A stretch of DNA of 64,000 bases from Eledone cirrhosa (taxonomy: Eukaryota), in assembly GCA_964016885.1 (NCBI GenBank), contig OZ024741.1, positions 381,920,001 through 381,984,000 on the forward strand, in the 5' to 3' direction. A model generated the notes under the pieces. It was not told the DNA's origin, searched no databases, and was given only the letters and a program-made list of their open reading frames with translations. The position numbers and the translations under genes were made by a program. Of the stretch, positions 41,631 to 55,104 are shown in pieces (positions within the stretch are counted from its first letter, which is position 1; every line of letters begins with the position of its first letter).

Positions 41631-41900
41631 ATACTTGGGGAGAGTCATATTTGTGTAATATTGCCAGAATTACTAACAGAACACACTCACTGTTTGGTTG
41701 GTTTTCGCTTCTCGCTGTCTTTTATATCGGTAATCTAACTTACTCGGTCCTCAATGTTGCCATTGACTGACCGACGGTCAAAAATAATGCAGATACAATA
41801 TAGACACAAACACATATATATATAGTTTATCATAAATCTTTCGTTGCACATCTGCAACATCGCCAGTGGTGTTATATTTTCCTCCTGTTGTTTTATTAAT

Positions 41901-42972
41901 ATATATAGAAATCAGACGAATCAAAGTTTTGTTCAAACCATTTATTAGTTTACAATTGTTTCGTCCAAACCGAGGTTTGGATTCTGCAGAGCAATTTTTC
42001 AATGTTTGTTTACATATATGACCTCCTTTCCAACACAAGGGACATACAGAAACATATGTATATATCGATGCACAGTGGGGTGACATCCATTATAATATTT
42101 TTGCATGGCAATTTAAATTCAAAAATTAAAATCATATTAAAACAAAATTAAAGTTAAAATACAACACCGGCAGTTTACGAAGATACATCAAACATCCAAT
42201 ACTGAATCATCGTTAATTATGTGAAGGACATATAATCTATATATTACGTTTCCTGGATTGTGAAAATGGTGGTGTATACAAAAACCATAACATTATTTTG
42301 CTTCTCATTTTTAACATTTCTCTGCACACAAGCTTATTCATCATACATAAAAAATACTTTACCAATACAACCCCCATAATATTCTTGATTACGCGCTTAA
42401 AGTGCTTGTATTGCATATAACACCTTGCCGCACAATAATCTTATATAAATAAGACACACGTGCATGCCCTACGTGTAACTATTGCATGCACTAACTACTT
42501 CAAATGACTAACAAACTATCCTCTTGCATTATCTTCGTAAAATGCCATGTTGTATTTTAACTTTAATTTTGTTTTAATATGATTTTAATTTTTGAATTTA
42601 AGTTGCCATGCAAAAATATTATAATGGATGTCACCCCACTGTGCATCGATATATACATATGTTTTTGTATGTCTCTTGTGTTGGAAAGGAGGTCATGTAT
42701 GTAAACAATCATTGAAAAATTGCTCCGAAGAATCCAAACCTCGGTTTGGCTGAAACAATTGTAAGCTAATAAATGGTTTGAACAGAACTTTGATTCATGT
42801 GATTTCTATATAACTGCTCTGTAGAATAACTGATGTTATTACATTGAGCTATATATCTTACTGGTAATAAGGTAGTAATAAATTACTGTCTTTCACTGTT
42901 TAGGGTTTAAAATATATATAACTATACAAACTTTTAGTATATACATAACCATAAATAGTATCCTTAATACCA
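41901..42972 (+). mobile_element. Non-coding foldback PLE derivative A
   Basis: Arms ~41901-42185 and ~42530-42812 plus ~160-bp unpaired tail; HHRs at 42722-42766 (+) and 41948-41992 (-). Confidence 0.8.
42722..42766 (+). ncRNA. Minimal type I hammerhead with CCGAAGA core
   Basis: gct-CCGAAGA-atccaaac ctcg gtttggct-GAAAC-aatt-GTA-agc; palindromic stem III ACAATTGT. Confidence 0.7.
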
Positions 42973-43039
42973 TATTAATATATATATAGAGAGACATTTA
43001 TAGATGCATATACATTTATATATATACGTATTTATATAT

Positions 43040-44154
43040 ATATGCTTCCCGCCTACATTAGTGATCCTCTCTGGCTTCTCAACATTCTCTAACATATATT
43101 TTGTTTTAGTCTCATTCATTCTCAGCCCCACACTCATCGACACAGTCTCAACCTCCCGCATCAAATCCTCTGCCTCCTTCACTGTATTTGTCACCAAAAC
43201 TATGTCTTCGGAAAATTCAGCATCTGATACCTATTTTGCCTTAACTCTCCTGCTCTGAGCCGGTGCTACAGGAAATCCAGAGTCCTCGTGTTTCGCCAGT
43301 GCAAGGCGCATACAATAGTCCACTACGATGATAAAAAGGTAGGGAGCCAATGTATCTTTCTGGAACACTCCAGCCAATATCTCAAAGAACTCTATCATCC
43401 CATCAGGTGTAATGACTTGGGCTTTGGTGTTGGTGTAGAGCAGTGATATCAGGTCCACTACCTTTTTGGGGATTCCATAAGCCTGTAAGATATTCATCAG
43501 GCAGTGACGGTCATCAGAATCAAAGGCCTTCCTAAAGACAATGAAAACCATGATCGCAGGAAGGCACTTTGCTCTAGCTCCCTCTAATATCCTACTCAGC
43601 ATCAGGGAGCAAAGATTGGGAACACGGAAGATGGTGTGGTTGAAAAGATGAGCAAAGCCTGGGCGGCATGCCACAGCTTGAGATCGGTGTGGAAGTAGGA
43701 CATTTGTAAAGACCTGAAAATCCGCATCTTCATTGCTGTAGTGGAGTCTGTGCTGCTGTACGGGTCTGAGACTTGGACACTGACCAAAAGACTCACTCAG
43801 ATGGTGGATGAGTGGTACACGAGAATGCTGACGATGGCTCTGAACATTAATCAGTATACACTGAGGATGAGAAACTCAGAGCTGTATGGGAGCCTCCCAA
43901 AAGTCAGCTCAAAACAGACGCAGAGGAGACGGAGGTTAGCTGGACATGCTCACCGAAATCCAGAGTTGACATTGCACCCAGTGCTCCTGTGGGAGCCCCT
44001 ACATTAACACACTGGAAGAGGAAGACCAAGGTTAACGTATGTTGATGCCCTAAGGACAGACACTGGTCTGTTGGAGACGCAGGACATGGCAGCGATGATG
44101 AGGGACAGAGACCGCTGGAGAGAACTCGTCCATGGATCTCGGGGATTTTACCCG

Positions 44155-44158
<4 letters not shown>
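43040..44158. mobile_element. RTE-clade LINE 3' fragment with 5' inversion
   Basis: Minus ~43620->43040: RILEG..FRKAFDS..GVFQKDTLAPYLF..GLRMNETKTKYM. Plus ~43650->44158: KAWAACH..VESVLLYGSETWTLT..LAGHAHR..LLW. Confidence 0.88.
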
Positions 44159-44206
<48 letters not shown>

Positions 44207-44210
<4 letters not shown>

Positions 44211-45945
44211 TTAAGGATACTATTTATGGTTATGTATGTAATAAAACCTTTTATGGTAATATATTTTTTTATACAACCCTAAATAGTGAAAGATAGTCAT
44301 TAATTACTATCCTATTACCAGTAAGATAAATAGCTCAATGTAATAACATCAGTTGTTTTACAGAGCAGTTATATAGAGATTACAATAATCAAAGTTCAGT
44401 TTAAGTCATTTATTTGCTTACAATTGTTTCCTCCAAACCGTGGTTTGGATTCTTCGGAGCAACTATTTACTGATCTATAACATACTTGACCTCCTTTTCA
44501 ACCCAAGAGACATATAAAACACAAGAGACATATAAAACATATGCGCATATTGATCAATAGGGGGGTGACATTCATCAAATGATATAGCATGGCAATTTAC
44601 ATATAGAGGGGTCCTGGTATGAGAGATTTAATCTCCAGATTGTAATCATCATGATATGAACTCCTTTAGTACTATTGATAGATTCCACTCTAACTTGTAG
44701 GTGTGATACCTAATTAATTTATATATGAGATGGGGGTATTCTATTGCTTGATGGCCAGACTAGTGCCTATATGAGAAATTTGATCTCCGGGCCATCCCGA
44801 AGGTATTCAGATTTACTGGAGATTCAGACATACAATGACCCAGAGCCTACCGGGTGTCATATACAATAGTGGGACCATGCCAGGTCCTACTGTTATATTA
44901 CATTTGCATGGAACAGTGATTTGGGAGTCTGACTCCTCTTATAGAATGTTCAGTTATGACACCACTTAATGGAAGGTAATCATCCTAATATATACACCCT
45001 TGTACTTCTTAATGGACAGCTCTCTAACCTATAAATGGGAAACATACTCTAGAAATTAGTTGTAACTTCATATGATAGGCACGTATTTGAATCACCATTA
45101 ATGTAGTTTAAGATAATAAATTTAACTAAGAAAACCAGCTAGTTACCCCCCTTTACGCTTTAATTCCCCTTAGTCATTCAGACACTTCCGGAATCTAAAC
45201 AACATGGTCTATTAATTAAGAACCGTCAAGATACGCTTTATAACTTGATTATATGCTGAACCATCGTGAATTATACGATAGACACGTGTTCTATATATTG
45301 CGTCTCATGGATTATGTGAGTGGTGGTGTGAGCGAAGACAGTGGTACGGCTTTGCCTACGATACAATAAGGTTTATAATATGTTGAGAGTTTTTGATATT
45401 TTGGTGTTTCCCTGCTTCCGGGACTGTATATCATACAGATGTATGCGAATAAATGACTTAATAATTCAGCCCACATAATAAGATCGATTACCTGCTTCAA
45501 CTGCCTGACCCTGCAAATATCATTCTGACGCACTCTAATCATGTATAAATAAGACACGCGTGCATGCTACACGTGAGATTGTTTCATACACTGACTACTC
45601 TAAACTTTCCTCTTGCTTTATCTTCATAGACTGCCAACGCTTCATGCTTATATTTATTTTCATTTTTGTTTTTATTTTTATTTTTATTTTTATTTTTATT
45701 TTCATCCTGTAACCTCTATATGTAAATTGCCATGCTATATCATTTGATGAATGTCACCCCACTGTTGATCAATATGCGCATATATTTTATTAATATCTTG
45801 TGTTTTATATGTCTCTTGGGTTGAAAAGGAGGTAAAGTATGTTATAGATCAGTAAATAGTTGCTCCGAAGAATCCAAACCTCGGTTTGGAGGAAACAATT
45901 GTAAGCAAATAAATGACTTAAACTGAACTTTGACTATTGTAATCT
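44207..45945 (-). mobile_element. Non-coding foldback PLE derivative B, sister of A
   Basis: Complete end on minus at 44207; arms ~44370-44610 and ~45712-45945; HHRs ttgct-CCGAAGA...GAAAC-aatt-GTA-agcaa at 44414-44462 (-) and 45860-45908 (+). Confidence 0.8.
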
Positions 45946-46231
45946 CTCTCTCTCTATATATATATATACATATATAAATATATATATAGATACATATACA
46001 TGTATAATATATAATATAGTAAATACATATATAATACAGTATATATATATATATAATGCAGTACAGGAACCGACATGATGAAGAAAATATTGTGATTATA
46101 ACACATATAATTATATATCCGTGTTCGTATTTCTTTACTGTATTCTAAGGCTCGGAAATATTTTTTCTTCGACCTATTTTATTTATAGGGGATTATTCTG
46201 AGTTTTTGACTCAATATATACTTTTGATATT

Positions 46232-46332
<101 letters not shown>

Positions 46333-46546
46333 GGGAGAGAGAAAGAGAGATTACTGAGTAAAATGATAGGAGTTTGGACTGGTGAAATTCCTATGCACAT
46401 TTCTATGACCGGGCTCTGTAGAAACCATATGACATCATCAGGCTTTATGAAATTTATCTAATAAAGGAATATGATAATGATAGACACAATCCAAGGGGCT
46501 TAAAAGTAGAGAGAAATGTTTAAGACCCGAAGGCGGCCAGAGCGTA

Positions 46547-46602
<56 letters not shown>

Positions 46603-47655
46603 GAAAAGTATAGAAATTATTGAAGCAAGAAGCCAACAGTATTCCATAATATATATAAGTGACTATAGCGTCAAAATGGAAAAATAGTTAACGTAAGATG
46701 TGGGAAAATAATTCAAACTCAATTTAAAAAAATCAGTATATAGATTTATCCACAGAATCTGGTGAAATCCAGTGAAAAGTCAATAGGGCCTTAACTCACA
46801 ATAAAATAAAGTTTAAAATACTCATCCTGCAATTTGGAAAAACTACAAATTCTCTGTATAGTCTTAAAAAAGACTATGTCACGAAACTTTCAGTGGGGAT
46901 GATCACAGTTGGAATCGATATATATATATATTAATATATAAAGGCTTTTCTATATTAAAATAATTTATAATCTGCTATGTATTGAGTACCTTACTTACCC
47001 ACACAACTACCCTAAGTATCTAGTACTCCAGTGAGTAATGGTCTAACTGTTTTCCGCCGCATCCATTCAGATATGTATTTATATATATATATAATTGGCG
47101 TTGGATGTTTAAAACGTCAGTATGCGGTAGGCCGTATGAGCACTCGATGCTCTCATAGAGCAGAGTATGATATCACAGAAAAAAAGAGAATCAGTGTTGC
47201 GACGAATGGAATTTATTTGACATATTACTATCTTTTCTCTGGCGACCAGCTTGAGGCACGCTCCATGTGAGGATCGAACCTGACTCAGAAAATCGCAAGG
47301 TCCTCAGATACGTCTTGATTCTACGAAGCAGATTTTCTTAGGAAGGTTGCAGATACGATGTGTGTATTTTTAAAAATTGCAACACGTGCTGCTAGTCATT
47401 CGCAGATTTGTATTTGCTGTGTAAACACAGATAGTTAGATCTTCTCCCCTGTTGAAAATCCGGATTTTGGGCTACTGTGGATTACTAATCGATTGAATGT
47501 CAAATATATTTCTTCAATGAAATATTTACAGGGAAGATTAATCAGTTTATAAGTTATCTATATTTAAAGTTCTAGTTACACTTTATTAGTTCCCTGGCTA
47601 GCTATGTGTGCTTACAAACTTTTACAAATTATTCCCTGTTATTGTTTCATACGTT

Positions 47656-47720
<65 letters not shown>

Positions 47721-47725
<5 letters not shown>

Positions 47726-48183
47726 GAAAACACAGGTAAGCATTAAGAGAAGGATTTTATCCAGGTATTTACGACCGTTTCATTGGTAAGTACAACCTTA
47801 TATTGCTATACTGCAAATAGCAGCCACTCAATAATAATTGTTGTTCACAGTCCAAATTTTCAAAATAGTGAGTAAGTTACTCTTGAAATAATTCTTAATA
47901 TATAGAGAAAAATATTTATTTGGAATTGTATTTACTAGTATAGAGAGAGAGGAATCAGGAGGTGAGGGGACAAACGGAATAGTATAGAGAGAGAGGAAGG
48001 GGGAAGATGTTGGAAGTAGAGTGACAAGATGGAGGGAGGGGTAGAGGAGGAAGGATTCTTTTGGCAGTTTTGATAGCAGATTTCATGTCGTGGAATGTAG
48101 TGAGTTAAAGAGAATTAAATTGATTATTGTGGGAGGGATGGATAGAGAGGGAGAGATAGAGGGGGAAGATATAAAGAGATAAT

Positions 48184-48214
<31 letters not shown>

Positions 48215-48821
48215 AGATAAAGATAATAATGACAAAAATAAAAGCAATGAAGGGGTGAGAAAGAAGAAAAGAAAAGATAGCCAAGAAGGGGAGGGAAGGA
48301 AGGAAGAAAAAGAAGAAATAGAAGGGGAATGAGGGAGAAGAAGGGGATATATTTATTGGTTTTGTGGGTAATTAAAAGGGTTTAGATACAACAAGAGGGT
48401 ATAAAGTCTAAGTATATGCAGTTTGTCAGTTGGTAGTAAGAGGTTAAGGGTTCGATTTGTAGTGCGAAAACTTCTCTTTGAGTCTATGGTTAGAATAAAT
48501 TGATCTTTCGATTTTATTGTTGAGTAACTTATTCTTCGAACACAAGATGTGGAAGAGCTCAAGGTCGCATAATCGACATCTTCTCATACCAACACGATAT
48601 GGGGGCGCGTTCAATAATTTGTTCCACTTCAGGGTGTATTAATGGTTACTTTCCCTCAGTTGCCAGGTCTTGTTTGCAAGGGTAGTTACATAACAATGCT
48701 GGGAATGTTTCATTGCGTAACGGTGTGTATACCAACGGGCTTTGAATGTACTCCCAGTCGCTCCGATGTAATACCATTTCTGGTTGTCTGATTCAGTTCT
48801 TAACCAAGGCCTGGATGACAA
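47721..48821 (-). mobile_element. Naiad-type PLE 3' fragment (GIY-YIG + 3' UTR)
   Basis: YYIGATGSTFKARWYTHRYA...TTLANKTWQLRE...CRLCDLE; CT-rich UTR; HHR near the terminus. Confidence 0.82.
47766..47867 (-). ncRNA. Hammerhead variant with U3-A8 core and long stem II
   Basis: tatt-TTGAAAA-tttgg...ccaat-GAAAC-ggtc-GTA-aata. Confidence 0.6.
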
Positions 48822-48979
48822 TAAGCAATGTTTTGCTTCTCTAACTATATATATATATATATGTCAATCAATTTCTAGTTGATATAAAATGCTCGGATCT
48901 ATTCTTTGGAATCCTGGAGCATATTCTACGGTGGACACGGCGCATGTCTCTCTGACATGACACCCTTAATTTAATTTTG

Positions 48980-49033
<54 letters not shown>

Positions 49034-49040
<7 letters not shown>

Positions 49041-49992
49041 CTTTAAGTCGTTTGGAAGCCTCGGCACTGCAGATGGGTAAATCTCCCGGTAACAAGATCC
49101 GGTGGTGGAGAGAGAGATGTAAGTGAGTGTACGTTGAGATGTGTGACGTGTAGAAGACTGTAGCGTGTAGAAGAATGCAGGAAGGAGCGTAAAGGATAAA
49201 AATAAAAATAATAACACGAGATAGAGTTACCTCGGGAGAGATTTAATTGGCTCTATATATTTCGGATTCACATCCATCAACTGGGTTTTTTCCAGGGGGG
49301 AAATAAACAACCGATCCGAAAGAAGCGAAATGAGGTGGTTGGTTTAAGTAAACAAACGATGCAGCAACACACGCACACAGTAGCATTCCACCATACGAAC
49401 ATACTACACTGCTTTTAGAGACGAATAAGGCAACAACACACACACACACTCAAGCGAGCCAACAACACACGCACACACACACAGTAACATTCACCAAACA
49501 GGCAGAGAATACTATGGACTGACAGATAGCGCCACCCCACTCCCACAATTGAAGAACTATTTCGGCCGCCGACCTCTGCTTGACCGACCCCATTTCACGC
49601 GCACGTACGCTCTGCTGAATACCTCAGATATTCAAAACAACGAACAGCGGAGGACACGTTTCGAACCTTTCCGACAGACCCACCCCACCCCCCTCGGAAA
49701 AAAACCCAGTTGATGGATGCGAATCCGAAATATATAGGGACAATTAAATCTCTCCCAAGGTAACTCTATCTCGTGTTATTATTTTTTTTTTATCCTTCAC
49801 GCTCTTTCCTACATTCATCTACACGCTAAAGTCTTCTACACGCCACACATCTCAACGTACACTCACTTACTTCTCTCTCTCCACCACCGGATCTTGTTGC
49901 CCAGAGATTTACCCATCTGCTTTGTCGAGGCTTCCAAACGACTTAAAGAAATATACCTTATTATTCCACAATGCTTCAAGCAAACTTCAATA

Positions 49993-49998
<6 letters not shown>
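49034..49998 (+). mobile_element. Non-coding foldback element with degenerate minimal HHR
   Basis: Arms 49034-49300 and 49690-49955 plus ~43-bp tail; cc-CAGTTGA-t-ggat gcga atcc-GAAA-tata-TA-gg at 49705-49739; in (TA)n. Confidence 0.72.
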
Positions 49999-50030
<32 letters not shown>

Positions 50031-50031
<1 letters not shown>

Positions 50032-50949
50032 TTGAATATAAAAGAAAGACAAACACAGATATATACATATATGTGTTCAAATAGTAAGGGACCAGATGAT
50101 GAGCAAGAATCGGTATTCCTCTTCACAATTAATTTTGCGAAACAGCATAGCCAAAGCTGTCTGGGTGATTGGTATTTACCACAATTCAGGTTTGTATTTA
50201 GTGTGTGTCTTGACTTATTCTTAAATTGAGTCTTGCATACCCTATTGCCTATAATTAGTATTATTTTCACCTTAGCGAATCTGGTCCCTTACGATTTGAA
50301 CACATATATGTATATATCTCTGTTTGTCTTTCTTTTATATTCAATTATAATATATGTCTCGAAAAAATTTCTTTCCCAGAGCTATTTTATTGTAAGAGAC
50401 TATTTTCAGTTTCTAACTCAATATATACCTATGATATATTCGGTTCCGTTAATTTGTTGAGCTAATTCAAATGTCGAGTAAACCTGGCTGCTATTTTTAG
50501 TGGTGTGATTTTGTGAGACACGCTGAATTCAGATACCATGTGCGTTATTATATATACGCACATTATTCAGTTTTTTAATATACTTAGAAGTCACCAGGAT
50601 ACTAATTGTTCACCCACTGATGAGCAAGAAGCGGTGTTCCTCTTGACAATTAATTTTACGAAACAGCATAGCCAATGCTAACTGGGTGATTGGCAGTTAC
50701 CACAATTCCGGTTTGTATTTATTTTCTTGATTTATTCTTAAATTGATTCTGGCAAACCCTATTGTCTATAGTTAATATTCTTATCACCTTAGCGAATCTG
50801 GTCCCTAACGATTTGAACACATATATGTATATATCTGTGTTTGTCTTTCTTTTATATTCAATTATAATATACGGCTCGGAAAATTTCTTTCCTTGAGCTA
50901 TTTTATTGAAAGAAACTATTTTGAGTTTTTAACTCAATATATACCTTTG

Positions 50950-50953
<4 letters not shown>
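50031..50953 (+). mobile_element. Tandem-pLTR / retrozyme-like element with two HHRs 521 nt apart and an inverted 5' piece
   Basis: Direct repeats ~50097-50437 and ~50618-50953; 50031-50097 is the reverse complement of 50279-50345; GAAA boxes at 50139 and 50660. Confidence 0.8.
50610..50689 (+). ncRNA. Type I hammerhead (canonical core; cleavage site mutated in this copy)
   Basis: tcaccca-CTGATGA-gcaa...ttac-GAAA-cagcat agcca atgct-aac-tgggtga; the upstream copy keeps ttgc-GAAA-cagc...gctg-TC-tgggtga. Confidence 0.75.
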
Positions 50954-51021
<68 letters not shown>

Positions 51022-51078
51022 ACACACACATACCCACACACACACCAACACACTACACACACACACACTACACACACC

Positions 51079-51556
<478 letters not shown>

Positions 51557-52802
51557 TATTTATATATATATATATATATATATACATATATTCTGATACT
51601 TATCAGAAACGATTTACTCTAGCGGAACTGTATTCTGAAACGCTTTATATACTAAATTTATAACGACTTTGGATGTTCTGGGACCCTAAGAAAACTGTAA
51701 AGAATTCCTTCTAATTCAACAATGCCCAGCCCTCCTACTGTAATAGAATTATGTTTATAGGAATACACATTCATCTATATATTCAATATTCTTTTATCTT
51801 TGTATTCTCTGTTATGACAACGATTAAGCTGCTAATTTTAACATGTCAACCGATTACATAACGGCCTTTTTGTTGCCTAGACTTGTGACAGTTTTACTAA
51901 CCGTCTTATTTGAGATTAGTTGATTCATTATAAATTCAAATGTGAACTGATGTTCTGAGTCGAAATGAATAATTAATCAATTTAAATTGGACTGGTAATA
52001 TGAAGGAAGTTAATTGGCATTTGTGAATTACGGAAAATCTATCTGCCTGTCTCTGAAAATGCCACTCATATAAGAAACCCACTAGCATACACACAATCCT
52101 GAAGTTTGAGTAGAACCTATTTATTTCCGAAACGAACTCTTCATAAACAAGTGAGTTAAATCTGCATCTCTTATTCAAAATTCATATTATGAAGAAAATA
52201 GTCACACATAAATGCACATGTATTTTACCTTTATCAATAATATTATCAATAATTCAAATAATTATTGATAATATGATTTCCTCAAATCGTGTCATGTTAT
52301 CTAATGCTCCAAAAATGCCTGTATAGTGAAATGAATTTATATTGTTCCCATCAATACATTTAGAAATCTAGTTTATAAGGGCCATTATCTGTAGTCAAGA
52401 TAGTTTACGTTTTGATTCTACGTAGAATTTAATTATTACGAATCACTGAGATTATTATTTTACATAATTACATACCTTATGATATAATATAATATGCTTC
52501 AGATTACAATTATTTTCCATAATTTACCATAATTCACCATAATTTACCATAATTCATTATACACTGATAATTGTTAAGTATAAATTGCTATACATACTTG
52601 GTAAATTATACAATAGAAAAATTAGTTTAGTTCCATTATATCGTGATAAGTTGAGATCTCCTTCTGGAAATAGCATAATTTAATACACTACATATAATAT
52701 TTAGGGAATATCTATAAACATTCATGTACGAGTGTACGATTGCGAATAATAAATAATTTAACGTTAGAATTATATTAATCGTAACGTTTACCATCGATGT
52801 AG

Positions 52803-52834
<32 letters not shown>

Positions 52835-52839
<5 letters not shown>

Positions 52840-53016
52840 AACCAGTAAGACCCCGACAGCTGAGCTCAAGCCGTTTCGACGGCTAATTCTAGCCGTCGAA
52901 ACGGCTTGAGCTCAGCTGTCGGGGTCTTACTGGTTCCTATTACCCACTCTACTACCTCAAGTATTGAGTACTTTGGTGCGTTATGGTCCACCTGGTTCCT
53001 TACCACATTTCCTTCG

Positions 53017-53017
<1 letters not shown>
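52835..53017 (+). mobile_element. Perfect 106-bp palindrome centred on an HHR stem II, plus tail
   Basis: 51-bp perfect arms 52835-52885 and 52890-52940, loop attc; contains GAAA-cggc...gctg-TC-gggg. Confidence 0.8.
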
Positions 53018-53072
<55 letters not shown>

Positions 53073-53074
53073 TA

Positions 53075-54384
53075 ATAAAAACAATGAAATATAAACAAAG
53101 AACAAATTCCTTATATTAAAAAAATTCATCATTTTACGATCGTTTCTGGGATGTATATGTGTGTTGGTATGTATATCATATAGATCTATGTAAAAATATT
53201 ACAAATTATCAGAGAAAATATACATATCTTCACATATACATGCCGTCCTTAGAAATGATGAGGTGTGTTTATTGAAAAAAACCAACACAGATTTAATATA
53301 ACACGTCTGTTTGGGAACAGGTTTTGAATTGACCAATAGAAAATTAGTTAGAGGTCAAGTTGATAGAATAGCAGTAGTAGAAATTTTATTTAGGGGTAGA
53401 GGAGTGCAGACTTATGTTTTCAATGAAAAGAATACTTTGGGGATGAAAAGTGGTCAAGCCTGTCAAGGGTTCACAAGCATTTGATGTTATTATAGAATAA
53501 TGTTAAAGGAAAATAAAATTTTAGGGTAAGGGTATTAGTGAGAAATACAATCTTATTTAAACCACAAGATCTATAACAAGAAATTAAATTAATTGATAGT
53601 TATACTTATAAGGATGAAGTTATATTAATTCATATGAATGTGATAAATAAGAATTAGATGTTTAAAAACGAAGGAAAGAAAAATGTTAGGATAAGGGTAG
53701 TAGTGAGAAATACCAATCTTATTTAAACTACAAGGAATCAAGATATATAACAGGAAATTAAATTAATTTATAGGTATACTTTTAGGTATTAACTTTAGGA
53801 AAAGAGAGCTGTAAGAGGGAAATAAAATTATGAAGTTCTCTGTAGTAAAATATTAATTATATCAAATAACAACAAATTTTCGTGTACCCTTCACTATCTT
53901 CTTGGCTTGACCTCTTTTCATCTCCAAAGTATTATGTTCATTGAAAACATAAGGCTGCACTCCTCTGCCCCTAAATTAAATTTCTACTACTGCTATTCTA
54001 TCAACTTGACCTCTAACTAATTTTATATTGGTCAATTCAAAACCTGTTCCCAAACAGACCTTTTATATTAAATCTGTGTTGTTTTTTTTCAATAAACACA
54101 CCTCATCATTTCTAAGGACGGCATGTATATGTGAAGGTATGTATATTTTCTCGGATAATTTGTAATATTTTTACATAGATCTATATGATATACTTACCAA
54201 CACACATATACATCCCAGAAACGATCGTAAAATGATGAATTTTTTAATATAAAGAATTTGTTCTTTGTTTTTATTTCATTGTTTTTATCGAAAATGCTTG
54301 AATGCATCCTCTCTTTTCATGATATTTGGATTACATTGAGTTCTTCATACGGATTGGACACTACCGTATATTTTGGTAGATTTC
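53075..54384 (+). mobile_element. Non-autonomous foldback relative of the intact Naiad element
   Basis: Arms 53075-53460 and 53904-54288; long-stem-II HHR 54103-54238 (CTAAGGA...GAAAC-gatc-GTA); tail tacattgagttcttcatacggattggacactaccgta shared with 29061-29097 (minus). Confidence 0.85.
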
Positions 54385-54397
54385 TCTCTCTCTCTCT

Positions 54398-54507
<110 letters not shown>

Positions 54508-54567
54508 CGTAAAATAGGAAAATTTAAAAAAAAATTAAAAAAAATTAACTTACTTACTAAAATGTTC

Positions 54568-54648
54568 ACTCCAACTAATTAGTTCCTGCAATGGGATAAA
54601 GACAGTTACGTAATAAACTGTCGAGAATTCATTGCGTCATCAGGGAGT
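54568..54648 (-). ncRNA. Degenerate type I hammerhead
   Basis: actcc-CTGATGA-cgcaat...attac-GTAA-ct...ag-TT-ggagt; GAAA box reads GTAA. Confidence 0.55.
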
Positions 54649-55056
54649 CTATTCTCAGCTAAGTCTCCAGGCAATGCGCGGACACTGGGGACTCATATAA
54701 AAATAATAATAATTCGGTAGATGGAACAGCTAGCGGGGACTGGATTCCATGCACTGAAAAGCTCGCTGTCGCTGGTCAAATGGCAGATTCTAAAGAATCA
54801 ATCACGTGACACTGAGGCTAGTTGGTAGGAGTGGGATGGTAAGATGACAGAAGCCTACTAGCACACCAATACTGGGACTTGTCTCTTTCTTCTCACTTTC
54901 TGTTGCTTAAACCATTTTGTTTGTTCACCCTAACGTTCTCTTTATTTACGTGTCCCAACGACTTTTTTTAGCCGTTGTTCGCACCAACCTGAGGTATATG
55001 GCCCTTAAAGCGATGAAATGCCTAGGACGGTTGGAGGGTCACTGATGAAGGAGTCA

Positions 55057-55103
<47 letters not shown>

Positions 55104-55104
<1 letters not shown>

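Noticed and set aside
47256-47281. tRNA 3'-end-like sequence (ggttcgatcctcacatggagc on minus) or primer-binding site
   Set aside because: No 5' half, cloverleaf or adjacent LTR; too short to call.
55039-55052. gtca-CTGATGA-agg
   Set aside because: Cut off by a T/TA tract; no stem II, GAAA or stem III.
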